A stretch of 64,000 bases of DNA from a virus (IMGVR_UViG_3300037280_000066:118061-182060); one strand, 5' to 3'. Shown: positions 18,758 through 28,842, numbered from the stretch's first letter. Numbers and translations are program-made. The notes: generated by a model not told the origin, from the letters alone.

Positions 18758-18831
18758 TGGACAGGATTGGAATTGAACCAACGAACACTTAGGTTTTCAG
18801 CCTAATGCTCTACCGACTGAGCTACCTGTCC
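18758..18831 (-). tRNA. tRNA-Phe (anticodon GAA)
   Basis: T-arm ATTGG/AATTGAA/CCAAC, perfect acceptor GGACAGG/CCTGTCC, anticodon arm TTAGG-TTTTCAG-CCTAA, D-arm GCTC..GAGC. Confidence 0.7.
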
Positions 18832-18844
18832 ATATTTATTACTA

Positions 18845-18916
18845 TAGCGAATACCAGAATCGAACTGGTGTTTCAGGGATGAAAACCCTGCTTCCTGACC
18901 ACTAAAAGAATTCGCC
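18845..18916 (-). tRNA. tRNA-Glu (anticodon TTC)
   Basis: T-arm ACCAG/AATCGAA/CTGGT, anticodon arm CAGGG-ATGAAAA-CCCTG, D-stem with G-U pairs. Confidence 0.65.
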
Positions 18917-18934
18917 ATTTATTACTTTGTTACA

Positions 18935-19007
<73 letters not shown>

Positions 19008-19014
19008 ATTGGTA

Positions 19015-19087
19015 CGACTCTGGTGGGAAGTTGAACCCACATCGCTTGCGTGACAGGCAAGAATAATAGCCTTTATACCACAGAGCC
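19015..19087 (-). tRNA. tRNA-Asp (anticodon GTC), 8-nt T-loop
   Basis: T-stem GTGGG/CCCAC around loop AAGTTGAA, anticodon arm CTTGC-GTGACAG-GCAAG, weak D-stem. Confidence 0.55.
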
Positions 19088-19101
19088 ATATTGTATTACT
19101 A

Positions 19102-19175
19102 AGCGAATAGTGGGATTCGAACCCACAACACCCTGCTTGGAAGGCAGGAACTCTAGCCAATTGAGTTATATTCGC
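19102..19175 (-). tRNA. tRNA-Gly (anticodon TCC)
   Basis: T-arm GTGGG/ATTCGAA/CCCAC, perfect acceptor GCGAATA/TATTCGC, anticodon arm CCTGC-TTGGAAG-GCAGG, D-arm ACTC..GAGT. Confidence 0.75.
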
Positions 19176-19298
19176 ATTTTGTATGGTGGAATTAATCTCA
19201 ATGATACCACTCCACCACACTGCAAGCCCACAAGTCATGCTTTATCAGCTTTTTCTGTTGTCTGTCAACGGTAAGCCCATACGTCTTACATTATATTG

Positions 19299-19814
19299 TC
19301 AAGGTTTTTTTCCATTTATCAAATCATATATCGTTAACCCATTCGTCCACTCAAAGTGTGATGAATCTACAAAAGATTTAAAATGTCCACCCCATGTCAA
19401 TCCTATTAATTTTTCTCCTATTGCTCCTACACTCTGGATAAGTCTTTCATCATACTTATCATAACCCTTCATGTTGATACAGAAATCAAATGCTAAACCC
19501 CAATTATGTTTACTATACCCTGCTCTAGTCATTGTTACTACTTGAGATTGGTCAATGATGTTTCCATCTTCATCCCTACCTCTTTGATATAGCTCTTTCT
19601 GTTCTTCACTACTTCTGTAACCTGACACAATTTGTAAAGTAATACCTTGTCTTCTGCATTCATTTACTAGCTGAATACACATCTTCCTTACTTTAGGATT
19701 CAATGAATTGATGATATCCCAATCCTGCTTTGTTAAAAAGTCAGGAATCTGCATCTGTACAATAGCAGGTGGTGGTGTTGCATAACCAAATATCTTTTTT
19801 ATGTATCTTAGCAT
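19299..19814 (-). CDS. peptidase M15 (VanY/L-Ala-D-Glu peptidase-like) cell-wall hydrolase
   Basis: 171 aa; SGYRS...ELY and HNWGLAFDF...SHFEW zinc-peptidase motifs; AGAGGTGA RBS. Confidence 0.7.
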   Translation of the reverse strand: MLRYIKKIFGYATPPPAIVQMQIPDFLTKQDWDIINSLNPKVRKMCIQLVNECRRQGITLQIVSGYRSSEEQKELYQRGRDEDGNIIDQSQVVTMTRAGYSKHNWGLAFDFCINMKGYDKYDERLIQSVGAIGEKLIGLTWGGHFKSFVDSSHFEWTNGLTIYDLINGKKP

Positions 19815-19844
19815 ATGTAGTCACCTCTGTTGCATAAACTTATG

Positions 19845-20027
19845 TTAGAATTTGTACCCACAATGGTTTACAAGATAATCAATTGCTGACAACTTCTTTA
19901 AACCAGTTGCTCCTGTCTCTGCTTTACCTTTAACCTTTGGTTTCTTGATAAACTTGCCAAGTGCTTCAAATCCATCATTATGTATTGTTGCTAAAGCATC
20001 TTTTTCAGTCCATTTTCTCATATACAA
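19845..20027 (-). CDS. hypothetical protein (60 aa)
   Basis: Track ORF; AAGGAGG RBS. Confidence 0.45.
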   Translation of the reverse strand: MYMRKWTEKDALATIHNDGFEALGKFIKKPKVKGKAETGATGLKKLSAIDYLVNHCGYKF

Positions 20028-20064
20028 TTCCTCCTTTTATTCATGTTACATTTTTTGTTGCTAG

Positions 20065-20138
20065 TACGAGTAAGAGGACTTGAACCTCCAAATTCTTGCT
20101 TCTAAGGCAAGTTCCTATGCCAATTCGGATATACTCGC
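20065..20138 (-). tRNA. class-I tRNA with Leu anticodon TAG (atypical)
   Basis: T-arm AGAGG/ACTTGAA/CCTCC, acceptor with one G-U, anticodon arm CTTGC-TTCTAAG-GCAAG, Leu-like 3-bp D-stem with GAATTGGCATA loop, but only a 5-nt variable region; A73. Confidence 0.55.
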
Positions 20139-20144
20139 ATATGA

Positions 20145-20218
20145 TGGGTCAAGAGGGATTCGAACCCTCACTGAACGGATTTTAAGTCCGTTTCCTCTGC
20201 CAGTTGGGATACTGACCC
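20145..20218 (-). tRNA. class-I tRNA with Leu anticodon TAA (atypical)
   Basis: T-arm GAGGG/ATTCGAA/CCCTC, acceptor GGGTCAG/TTGACCC, anticodon arm ACGGA-TTTTAAG-TCCGT, 5-nt variable region, poor D-stem; A73. Confidence 0.5.
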
Positions 20219-20237
20219 AATTCCTTACTACTCTCTT

Positions 20238-20266
20238 ATCTTACCACATACTCTTTAATTTGTCAA
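20238..20266 (-). promoter_or_regulatory. sigma-A-type promoter (TTGACA-17-TGgTAAGAT) driving the tRNA array
   Basis: Minus-strand read: TTGACAAATTAAAGAGTATGTGGTAAGAT. Confidence 0.6.
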
Positions 20267-20634
20267 CACATTTCTTTCATTTCTTTTTCTAATTGTTTTC
20301 GCATTTTCTTTTTTCCACATCTTCTATTCTTTTTACTAGCTTTACCTGTCTTTCCATGGTTAAAGTCTGAATAAAAATACTGATACTTCATTATAAATGC
20401 TCTTTGCTTTCGTTTTGCCATTGCAATCACCTCTTATTAGAAGACAATCACCTCTTTCTATGGTTGTTATTAAAAAGCATCTGTCTCTCCAGAATGTCAC
20501 CTTTATAAAACTTAGTCAAGTAATGGACAGTAAAGGTCTTCCCCTCGTCAACGCTTGATTCGCCCCTATCTCTTAATAGCACCTACATCGAGATAAAATT
20601 CTTCCTACCATTTCTGGCGAGTGCTTAAAATGAG

Positions 20635-20706
20635 TGGAGCTATAGGGACTCGAACCCTAAACCCTCTGCTTGCAAAGCAGATGCTCTCCCTTTGAGCTAT
20701 AGCCCC
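20635..20706 (-). tRNA. tRNA-Ala (anticodon TGC)
   Basis: T-arm TAGGG/ACTCGAA/CCCTA, anticodon arm TCTGC-TTGCAAA-GCAGA, D-arm GCTC..GAGC. Confidence 0.7.
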
Positions 20707-20906
20707 ATTTGTCGAAATTGTAAGGACTCGAACCTCCACCAATAAAATTACTTAGTATACTTTCATTTTATCAATCCGTAGCTTTCTCATTGAATTACTC
20801 ATATCTTGTTTATCTAGAAAACCTGATATTTTCACGCTACACCAATTCCATATGTAAAACTTTTTTGTTAGGCTTTAGTTCACTAAGAATTCCTAAAGCT
20901 CATTCA

Positions 20907-20978
20907 AGGTCAATATCTGAATCGAACAGATGATAACTTGGGTTGCAACCAAGAGCCTTACCACTTGGCTAATTGACC
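20907..20978 (-). tRNA. tRNA-Cys (anticodon GCA)
   Basis: T-arm ATCTG/AATCGAA/CAGAT, perfect acceptor GGTCAAT/ATTGACC, anticodon arm CTTGG-GTTGCAA-CCAAG. Confidence 0.75.
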
Positions 20979-21016
20979 ATTTGACTATTGTAATAGTCAG
21001 AACCTAACTCTCTAAA

Positions 21017-21100
21017 TGGGCAAGGTGTGATTCGAACACACAATGTTTCTTATGTCACAGTTTTACAGACTGCTTGCTTCACCAATTTGCATACCTACCC
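21017..21100 (-). tRNA. tRNA-Tyr (anticodon GTA), long variable region
   Basis: T-arm GTGTG/ATTCGAA/CACAC, acceptor with two G-U, anticodon loop CTGTAAA, 3-bp D-stem TGC/GCA, 84 nt; variable-arm stem poor. Confidence 0.55.
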
Positions 21101-21173
21101 TTATTTTTAAGATGTTGGTGATGGTCACACCCTTCGTTTAAGGCTTTTTGAGTCACCAACATCTTATGTATTT

Positions 21174-21202
21174 ATAATATCATGAATCTCTATCTTTGTC
21201 AA
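21174..21202 (-). promoter_or_regulatory. sigma-A-type promoter (TTGACA-17-TATTAT), leftward
   Basis: Minus-strand read: TTGACAAAGATAGAGATTCATGATATTATAAAT; the transcript would enter a 13-bp hairpin (21129-21168) and then the tRNA array. Confidence 0.5.
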
Positions 21203-21224
21203 CACTTTTTTAAAACTTTTTTAT

Positions 21225-22427
21225 TTAATCTAAAAGGTCTGATAAAGCGGCAGTATCACTACGTTCTACCTTATCTAACTTAACAAATCCAAATAACTTA
21301 TTTCCTGAAAGTCTATCAATAATTGCATTCAAACCACTATTGCTTGCAAAAATATGTTCATCTGTTTGCTTGAAATCTCCATTGAAGTAAATTATAGAAC
21401 CTTCTCCAACTCTTCCTATTAATAACTGAATATGCTCTTTTGTAAAGTTTTCAGCTTCTGAACAGTATATGATTGAGTTCTTTATGTCCCTTCCTCTTAT
21501 GAATCCAAAATGCTGTAACTCTATCTTCCTAGCATCTATCATCATCTTTAATCCCATTTCACCACCTAAATGGTCACTCATAGGACTTGCAAAAGGCATT
21601 AATTTCTCGTTGGCAGTTCCTGGCAAAAATCCGATATCCTTACTATTTCTAACCTGTACAGGGTTTCTTACCCATATTAATTTTTGATATTTCTCAGACT
21701 CTACTAAATTTAAAGCATGAGCTAACATACAAAAGTCTTTACCTGTTCCAAATTTACCTGTACATACTTTGATTGTTGTTTCTTTATCTTGCAACATATC
21801 AAATAATAATTCTTGATGTGGATTGATTGGTTTAATCTTTCCTACTGCCTTGCTAGATACTGGTGAGTACTTTATCATTACTAAACCATTATCTTCTGTC
21901 CATTTATATTTATCAATAATTTCTTGTGTGTCTGCATCTTTTATAAGTAGATATTGGTTGTGAACCATATCATAATCAACTTTTTCAATATTCTCATAGA
22001 ACCACGCTTGCTCTATATGATTTAACTCAACCTCTATGTAGCCTGTGTATTCTGTCTTCTTTTCCTTGGTATACTTCTCAGCATCAACACCTAAGATTTT
22101 AGCTTTAATTCTTACATTTAAATCATTACTAAATAACTTGGCTTGATTTTCTACTGCTGTAAGTATTATCTTATTGTCTCTTAAATCTGGATTCCATCCT
22201 GTTGGTACATTCTCATAAATGTCTTTTACAACAAACTCTACATTGGGGGAATTTTCAATTTTATGCGAAGCTCTTCTAGCTTTCCATCCAATTTCGTCAC
22301 TCTTCTTTAAACCATCAAGTTCTTCAATAACAGCTATAGGAAGAATGAAACTATAATCCAAATCTAAAACCTCTGGACTTTCTAATAATACATTTGTGTC
22401 AATAACACATTTTCCTAATTTCCCCAT
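21225..22427 (-). CDS. PIN-domain/PhoH-like ATPase (YlaK/PhoH2-type)
   Basis: N-terminal VIDTNVLL PIN signature; Walker A CTGKFGTGKDF; start set to the third ATG (MGKLGK), 9 nt after AAAGGG. Confidence 0.7.
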   Translation of the reverse strand: MGKLGKCVIDTNVLLESPEVLDLDYSFILPIAVIEELDGLKKSDEIGWKARRASHKIENSPNVEFVVKDIYENVPTGWNPDLRDNKIILTAVENQAKLFSNDLNVRIKAKILGVDAEKYTKEKKTEYTGYIEVELNHIEQAWFYENIEKVDYDMVHNQYLLIKDADTQEIIDKYKWTEDNGLVMIKYSPVSSKAVGKIKPINPHQELLFDMLQDKETTIKVCTGKFGTGKDFCMLAHALNLVESEKYQKLIWVRNPVQVRNSKDIGFLPGTANEKLMPFASPMSDHLGGEMGLKMMIDARKIELQHFGFIRGRDIKNSIIYCSEAENFTKEHIQLLIGRVGEGSIIYFNGDFKQTDEHIFASNSGLNAIIDRLSGNKLFGFVKLDKVERSDTAALSDLLD

Positions 22428-22464
22428 ATACATCATCCCTTTTCTGTTTATTCTTAAGCTCGAC

Positions 22465-22770
22465 CTACTTCTGTCTGTTTCTTAAATAATAAGCATAACT
22501 GTCTTCTACAAAGTAAGTTTTGCTTCTTGACATGTGTTCTTTATTACACACTACCAAGCCTACAAATCTTCCCTTAATATTTTTGATGTATCCCTTGCTG
22601 ATAAGCCAGTTCTTTTCATCTTGATTAATTCTAATCAAATAAATCTTCCTCTCGATTTTAAATTTTTTTATTTTCGACCTTGCATCGTTAAACTTCGACT
22701 TTAGGTATATTATGTAAATCAATAATCCACTTTTTGAGGTGGAGGAAATGTTGGTTATAATATATCTCAA
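22465..22770 (-). CDS. hypothetical protein
   Basis: Track ORF 101 aa. Confidence 0.4.
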   Translation of the reverse strand: MRYIITNISSTSKSGLLIYIIYLKSKFNDARSKIKKFKIERKIYLIRINQDEKNWLISKGYIKNIKGRFVGLVVCNKEHMSRSKTYFVEDSYAYYLRNRQK

Positions 22771-22771
22771 T

Positions 22772-23491
22772 CTAACAAGAATAATTTTTTATGTACCTTT
22801 TAAAAAACACACTAGAATCAAACTTATATTCATTAATACATATTTTGTAAATATTTATAAAGTGTTCTTCTAAACTTTCTGTATCTCCTACTGTATAAAT
22901 TACCTTTCTCACTTTAGGTAAATTTAACTTATATTTGTTAGGATGTTTATACACAACACCTTTGCTAAATGGATTATCACGCAATATCTTTTTTATCTGA
23001 TTTCTAGATATTATATCAATAAATTTACTTTCTTCTAATTTATTGATAACTCTCTCAATTTGCATCTCTTGCATTCCACTCAACTTCTCTAAAGACTTAT
23101 ATCTACAATAAAAGATACCCTCTTTATTAGCATATATTTTACTCAAAAACAATAAACAAAATGCTATCTTCCTCTCACCTTTTGTTACTAATTTATTTAT
23201 TGCTCTCATTTCTTCTAAGTATATCTTAACATTAACATCATCAATAAATTTGTAACTTCTATTGTATATAATATGTACAACCTCTATAACTTCCTCAATT
23301 ACTTCATTATATGGTGAGTCAATTTTTTGTGTTGTTAACCAACTCAATATATTATGAATACAACCTTCTTCTGTAGTATTAATATATTTATAATACTTGG
23401 ATAAAAGGGAGATGTTATACCCAAAAGTTAAATTTGGGTATAATCCATCTTTCAACATCTTTACTGCCCTATCCTTCTCACTAAACATCAA
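22772..23491 (-). CDS. hypothetical protein
   Basis: Track ORF 239 aa; overlaps the upstream gene by 11 nt. Confidence 0.5.
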   Translation of the reverse strand: MMFSEKDRAVKMLKDGLYPNLTFGYNISLLSKYYKYINTTEEGCIHNILSWLTTQKIDSPYNEVIEEVIEVVHIIYNRSYKFIDDVNVKIYLEEMRAINKLVTKGERKIAFCLLFLSKIYANKEGIFYCRYKSLEKLSGMQEMQIERVINKLEESKFIDIISRNQIKKILRDNPFSKGVVYKHPNKYKLNLPKVRKVIYTVGDTESLEEHFINIYKICINEYKFDSSVFFKRYIKNYSC

Positions 23492-25985
23492 ACAATTCCT
23501 CCATTCGATAATAATGACCTAAATACTCAGTATCATTCCTATCAAATGTCTCAGCAGGAAACATTATATTCATCTCCCTATTCTTCTCCAAATTCAAGAA
23601 TAAACCTTCCTCAGTTATTACCCAACAAAAGTTCTTAGCCTTACTTGGATACTTAATATAAGATAAATGTACTGCATAATTAGCTAATTCACTTGGGTTT
23701 GGAACAATAGCTTGTACAATAGCCTTATATTTCTCATATACAATATCCCAATTCACATCAGTACTTTGTATCTCTGCTTTACTATAACCCTCAAAAAATG
23801 ACTTGTATTGACTATAATTCTCAGCCATCCTGCTCTGCTTACCTAACTCTACCATCTCTTTATTGAATGCTATAAAAACTTTTTCAACTTCCTTATAAAG
23901 CCCATCATCCCAATCTTGACTTTTATCAATCATATATTCACTAGTGTCAGGACTCTTTCTTTTAAATCTTATACCCTTCTGCCATTTTTCAACATCCCAA
24001 CATAAATGATTAAGATTACAATTTGCCTTGGAAAACATCTTTAACTTGGAATAATAATATCCTGCATACTTCATGAAGTAAGGTAATGGTCTAGCATACT
24101 TAGCAATATGATAAGGTACTAACCATCTCATTCCTGTCTTAGCATAATCTATCTCCTTACCATTTATAACAGAAAGCAAGCAAACATAATCATTAAATCT
24201 TTCCTTAGTCTTTTCATCCTTGGTCTGCTTATTAAGGTAACAAGTGGCAACATTACTTATCTCACCAATCCTAGAATCAAGAGACATAAGCATATAATTG
24301 ATAACACCTTCTTTGTTATATTGAACATCTAACGCTGTTATCTTATCATCTACATCTATTACTATTGGTAGGTCACGCTGAACACCTTTACGCATTATCT
24401 CATTATTAGTAACAAATACAAGGTCACCATCTGTGTCTGCTCCATTTAATCTCTTAGTTGTTATGTCATAACTATTCAACATACAGACATTCTCTAAGTG
24501 ACTCAAGTAATCCCTTATCTGTGGACTAGATGTTTTAGCTAAAATAGTATGCTCAGATGGACATATGTGTGGATTCCTATCAATAAGATATTCTCCATTC
24601 TGCAATCCATAAGCATAAAACTCACCTTCTCCTAAACACCCTACTACTGGAAGTCCCCCTGCTGATTCCATCATCATAATAACATCAGGTATCAATATCT
24701 TGAAACAACCCTTTACCCACAACTTACCCATTTTGAATTCATCCATGTACTTCTTCAATAATGAGAATAGATACTCTTTAACCTTAAAATCTTGCAACAT
24801 TCCACTATGTAAAGTAATGGCTTTCATATATTTATTACTTGGATTGTTACCACCATTCTCCATGCCAAGAAATTTGTAAGTGTAAATAGGGTCACCTGTT
24901 ATTATATTCTCAGCCCACCTTTTACTATATTCTCCAAGTTCTATCATATCCTCTTTTTCAATCTTTAATGTTTGAAGATATTGATAATTTACTCTTGTGT
25001 ATAGAGGTTCTTCCTCAGTTAAGAAATTCCATTTAGCTATTCCTAAACAATGATTATGCTTATAAAATTTTGCTAAGTAGTTTTCCCAATCACTATAAGT
25101 ACCTGTCTTCTTGAAATACTTAACACCTTTATACATTGATTTAGTCCAAATGCATTCTACTTCATCAACACTATGTTCAACTCCCCATATATCCTTAATA
25201 TGAGTAATACCTTTGTTTCTGTAGAATCTTCTAAAATCAACCTCTATAGTTAATCCCTTTACAAAAGGCATTCTACACATAAATACACTTGGGTGTGTTG
25301 TTATACCTATTGCATCTGCCCACTTTTTTGACAATTCTGGTATATGCATTCCACTACCATCAGCAGGTGTTACTGGCACATCTTGATATCCCTCAAATAC
25401 ATTCTTAGTCTTACCATACTTAATCTCACCTGTTACTTTATCAACCCATGATGTATCTTCTTCTCTTACAGACTTAATGTGTTGGTTAGGTATCACTCTT
25501 TCAAAATCATCCACCACTATTATATAAGGAAGCTTTCCCTCAATGAAGAAACATGAGCTAAACATTAACCCTCTATATGCTGTATATTTGCTAATTACAG
25601 TTTTGTCAATCTCCAAGTCCATAGTGATTCTTTCATTTAATTTACCTTCAATCTCTTCATCAATAAATCCAATAATGGCATTTCTACACATTGATGCTGA
25701 CCTTTCAGTAAAAATAAACTTCTTACCATTTATACTAAACCCATCAGTCAATAACTTTCTCATGATATCAGTTTCATTTTGAAATCCCTTACAATCTATA
25801 AATACTATATAAGGATTAAATTCATTATCATAATCAGTAATTAACCTTATCTGCCTGAACATCATATTATCTTGTTGTTTTATGTAAAACATCTTCTCTT
25901 GTTCAAGGTTTAACTTCATTTTGTATTCTTGATTTAATACATCCCTTAACTTGAATTTTCTAATTATATATAACGTAGGAGACAT
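23481..25985 (-). CDS. large protein with NGADTDGD motif: candidate YonO-like single-subunit RNA polymerase (alternatively a primase/polymerase)
   Basis: 834 aa ORF; NGADTDGDLVFV resembles the NADFDGD Mg-binding motif of the multisubunit-RNAP beta-prime double-psi beta-barrel and of SPbeta YonO (about 839 aa); no polymerase-B or SF helicase motifs seen. Confidence 0.4.
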   Translation of the reverse strand: MSPTLYIIRKFKLRDVLNQEYKMKLNLEQEKMFYIKQQDNMMFRQIRLITDYDNEFNPYIVFIDCKGFQNETDIMRKLLTDGFSINGKKFIFTERSASMCRNAIIGFIDEEIEGKLNERITMDLEIDKTVISKYTAYRGLMFSSCFFIEGKLPYIIVVDDFERVIPNQHIKSVREEDTSWVDKVTGEIKYGKTKNVFEGYQDVPVTPADGSGMHIPELSKKWADAIGITTHPSVFMCRMPFVKGLTIEVDFRRFYRNKGITHIKDIWGVEHSVDEVECIWTKSMYKGVKYFKKTGTYSDWENYLAKFYKHNHCLGIAKWNFLTEEEPLYTRVNYQYLQTLKIEKEDMIELGEYSKRWAENIITGDPIYTYKFLGMENGGNNPSNKYMKAITLHSGMLQDFKVKEYLFSLLKKYMDEFKMGKLWVKGCFKILIPDVIMMMESAGGLPVVGCLGEGEFYAYGLQNGEYLIDRNPHICPSEHTILAKTSSPQIRDYLSHLENVCMLNSYDITTKRLNGADTDGDLVFVTNNEIMRKGVQRDLPIVIDVDDKITALDVQYNKEGVINYMLMSLDSRIGEISNVATCYLNKQTKDEKTKERFNDYVCLLSVINGKEIDYAKTGMRWLVPYHIAKYARPLPYFMKYAGYYYSKLKMFSKANCNLNHLCWDVEKWQKGIRFKRKSPDTSEYMIDKSQDWDDGLYKEVEKVFIAFNKEMVELGKQSRMAENYSQYKSFFEGYSKAEIQSTDVNWDIVYEKYKAIVQAIVPNPSELANYAVHLSYIKYPSKAKNFCWVITEEGLFLNLEKNREMNIMFPAETFDRNDTEYLGHYYRMEELFDV

Positions 25986-26368
25986 TAATTATCCTCCTTT
26001 TCACCTTCACAATATTTACTGAAATCTACATCCTCAATCTCAATAATGGCTTTCTTATCTATATTATTAAATATTACTGTTCCTAAATCATGTTTTCCAA
26101 CAAACCAATCATATACACCATTTGTCTTCATTTTTAATAACTCACCTTTACTAGAAAACACAGATACATAGTCTTCACTCTTATTGTTATAAACATATAA
26201 GTTTACATCAACATTACATGATGGTGACTGTTTATATATATTCTCCAAAACCTCTGTAATACTTAATAACTCAATATATGATGTTTTATTACTAAACACA
26301 CAATACTCAAATCTGTTAACTGGTATTACTAATTGCCCCTCAAGCGTATGTATTTTTGAATTTGACAT
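25985..26368 (-). CDS. hypothetical protein
   Basis: 127 aa; AAGGAGGG RBS. Confidence 0.55.
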   Translation of the reverse strand: MSNSKIHTLEGQLVIPVNRFEYCVFSNKTSYIELLSITEVLENIYKQSPSCNVDVNLYVYNNKSEDYVSVFSSKGELLKMKTNGVYDWFVGKHDLGTVIFNNIDKKAIIEIEDVDFSKYCEGEKEDN

Positions 26369-26458
26369 AATGCCTTTCCCTCCTTATATGAAAAAAATTG
26401 CAGAGGTAAAATTACCTCTGCAATCATTATATCATAGTCTACATAAATCTGTCAACAA

Positions 26459-28432
26459 CTATTTTTTCTTTTCTGCAACAACTTTATTTTCATCTTTTAT
26501 CTTTAAACTATCTCTCTTCTTCTTTATCTTTTCATCAATCATATTTTTGTCAAATATATCATACAAAAACTCACTTGGTATTGTGTCTCTTCTATTATAT
26601 AGGAGAGTGCTAGATAGGTGTAAAATTTTCTCAGCCCTAGTACATAACACATATAAAAGCCTACGTTCTTCCCCTGTTTCTCTTGCCCTGTAATGTGGGA
26701 ATAGCCCCCCATTGATACTAATACCAAACACATACTTGAATTCTAATCCTTTTGATTTATGCCCTGTCATTAACTGAACACTATTAATCTTATCATAATT
26801 CTTTCTGTCTTGTTGCTTCTCTTCTTTAGCCATGATAATCTTTTCAATGTCCTCTAGAAATTTCTCAGCATCAACATAATGACTAGCTTGCTCACATAAC
26901 ATCTCTAAATTTTCAACCTTTTCACAACTTCCTTCTTCTCCTGCCACTTCCTTGCTTATGTAAGAATCATAACCTGTCATTTCTCTAATGGTTCTTAGGA
27001 TATCTCCTATATTACATTTACCTAGCATTTGACTAATTTTACGATGTATATTCTCTAAATCTGCAATTCCACTCCTGTATTTATAAGCTATCTTTGTGTC
27101 AAGGTTTTTTATGGAATCAAAGCAATTAGTATTATTAGTATTGGCTATTTGTGCAACCTCTTCTAAGAAAGCTTTTCCTAACCACCTTGGAGGAACACAA
27201 TATATCCTTTCAAATGCACTATCATCTTTTTTCATTCCTAACTTTAAAAATGCTAATATATCTTGTATCTCCTTTGCTTCAAAGAATGACCTTGCTCCAC
27301 CATAAATAACATAAGGTATTCCCATTTCACTAAATACTCTCTCCAAAGAACATGTTTGTGCATTCACTCTATATATGATTGCTATGTCCTTCCATTGCAA
27401 TTTCTTATCTCCTGCCATTAATTCCTGTATCCTAGTTCCAATTTGTTCAGCTTCTTCCATACCATCTAAATATATCTTAAACTCAGGCTCATGCTCATAT
27501 GTACTATGTGCTTCTGCATCTGTATAATACTTATGACTCTTTTCCTCTGACTTCTCCAATAATTTATTACTGATATCCACAATACTCTTGGAACATCTAT
27601 AGTTTGTTTTCATATGTATAATCTTGGCATCTTTAAATATCTTTTCAAAGTTCATAATAAACTTTGGTGAACTTCCTCTAAACGCATATATAGACTGTCT
27701 GAAATCTCCTACCCAAAACATCTGTTCATGACTGTTTAACATCTTCAAGAAATCAATCTGGTTTTCATTTGTATCTTGACCTTCATCAACTAATATGTAT
27801 TTGTACTGATTTCTATACTTCTCAAGTACTCTTGGTTTAGCCTTTAACATCCTTACACAATAATACTGCATATCATCAAAATCTAAATAACCTTGACGTA
27901 TCTTATCTAATTCATACTCCCTGTAAATTTCTCTCATTACTTCCATTGTGAAAGGCTGTTCCTCTACAAATAGCAAATCCTTATCAGTATAATACTTCAT
28001 ATTTGCTTTCTGTATACTGATGAAGTTTAGAATGTTGGGAACATCTACATCTGAATCTTTCGTCAAAATACGCAATGACCTTACAACAATATCACATATA
28101 AACTTCTTCTTCACATAATCTTTCATTATCTTTGCTTTAGAAAAGAATGCATCTTCATTCTTCAATATGTTGTAGCAGACACTATGGAATGTACCAATGT
28201 TTACATCATTCTCTCCAATAGCTTCAAATAACTTCTTAGTCATATTATCTGTTGCTTTTCTAGAAAATGTAATTAGTAAAATATTGTCCTGATTAACTCC
28301 ACTATCTGTTAAATCTTCTGTCCTACCAATCAATAAGGTGGTTTTACCAGAACCTGCACTAGCTAAAACACAAACATTTCCTCTTGATTTGATAGCTTCT
28401 ATTTGTACTTTACTATATTTCTTTAAATCCAC
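26459..28432 (-). CDS. UvrD/PcrA/Rep-family SF1 DNA helicase
   Basis: 657 aa; ASAGSGKT Walker A, LVDEGQDTN, VGDFRQSIYAFRG, TNYRCS, LMTGHKSKGLEFKYVF, LLYVLCTRAEK; GTG start after AGGAG. Confidence 0.85.
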   Translation of the reverse strand: MDLKKYSKVQIEAIKSRGNVCVLASAGSGKTTLLIGRTEDLTDSGVNQDNILLITFSRKATDNMTKKLFEAIGENDVNIGTFHSVCYNILKNEDAFFSKAKIMKDYVKKKFICDIVVRSLRILTKDSDVDVPNILNFISIQKANMKYYTDKDLLFVEEQPFTMEVMREIYREYELDKIRQGYLDFDDMQYYCVRMLKAKPRVLEKYRNQYKYILVDEGQDTNENQIDFLKMLNSHEQMFWVGDFRQSIYAFRGSSPKFIMNFEKIFKDAKIIHMKTNYRCSKSIVDISNKLLEKSEEKSHKYYTDAEAHSTYEHEPEFKIYLDGMEEAEQIGTRIQELMAGDKKLQWKDIAIIYRVNAQTCSLERVFSEMGIPYVIYGGARSFFEAKEIQDILAFLKLGMKKDDSAFERIYCVPPRWLGKAFLEEVAQIANTNNTNCFDSIKNLDTKIAYKYRSGIADLENIHRKISQMLGKCNIGDILRTIREMTGYDSYISKEVAGEEGSCEKVENLEMLCEQASHYVDAEKFLEDIEKIIMAKEEKQQDRKNYDKINSVQLMTGHKSKGLEFKYVFGISINGGLFPHYRARETGEERRLLYVLCTRAEKILHLSSTLLYNRRDTIPSEFLYDIFDKNMIDEKIKKKRDSLKIKDENKVVAEKKK

Positions 28433-28500
28433 AATAACATCTCCTATCCTTATTATTTTATCATCATTATATTGGTAAAACTCATTCTTACCACCTTATT

Positions 28501-28529
28501 ATTATACAACATAACGGTATTCTTGTCAA
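28501..28529 (-). promoter_or_regulatory. consensus sigma-70/sigma-A promoter (TTGACA-17-TATAAT) for the helicase operon
   Basis: Minus-strand read: TTGACAAGAATACCGTTATGTTGTATAAT. Confidence 0.65.
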
Positions 28530-28578
28530 TAACTTTTTAAGTTTATTCCAAATTTTAGTCCATTTTTTCTCGTGTACG

Positions 28579-28625
28579 GATTTTTTAAAAAAAAGTCGTT
28601 TTTTCCGTACACGAGTGTTTTGTTA
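28579..28625. repeat. hairpin repeat copy 1 (CTCGTGTACGG-A/T loop-CCGTACACGAG)
   Basis: 11-bp inverted arms around ATTTTTTAAAAAAAAGTCGTTTTTT; repeated at 28690-28732; related GTACGGATTTT..AAAAAA units at 60971-61122. Confidence 0.7.
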
Positions 28626-28689
28626 CCTAGAGCCATTTTAAGCCTTTTTTGACCAAATTTTCGTCCGAATTTCTTACCTCTCGTGTACG

Positions 28690-28732
28690 GATTTTTTAAA
28701 AAAAAGTCGTTTTTTCCGTACATAGATATATA
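28690..28732. repeat. hairpin repeat copy 2
   Basis: Near-identical to 28579-28625 with a shorter stem (TGTACGG/CCGTACA). Confidence 0.7.
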
Positions 28733-28842
28733 TAATACGACAGTCGGTAGAGCCGTATAATATAGATAACACCACAGGTTTAGCCCCCTACGGGTGCTGA
28801 ACACTGCTAACAATCACAAAAACCAAATAATCACGTTTGAAA

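Noticed and set aside
28526-28813. 95-aa minus-strand ORF spanning the hairpin repeats
   Set aside because: Its repeated peptide segments simply translate the two DNA repeat copies; there is no RBS. It is an artefact of repeat DNA.
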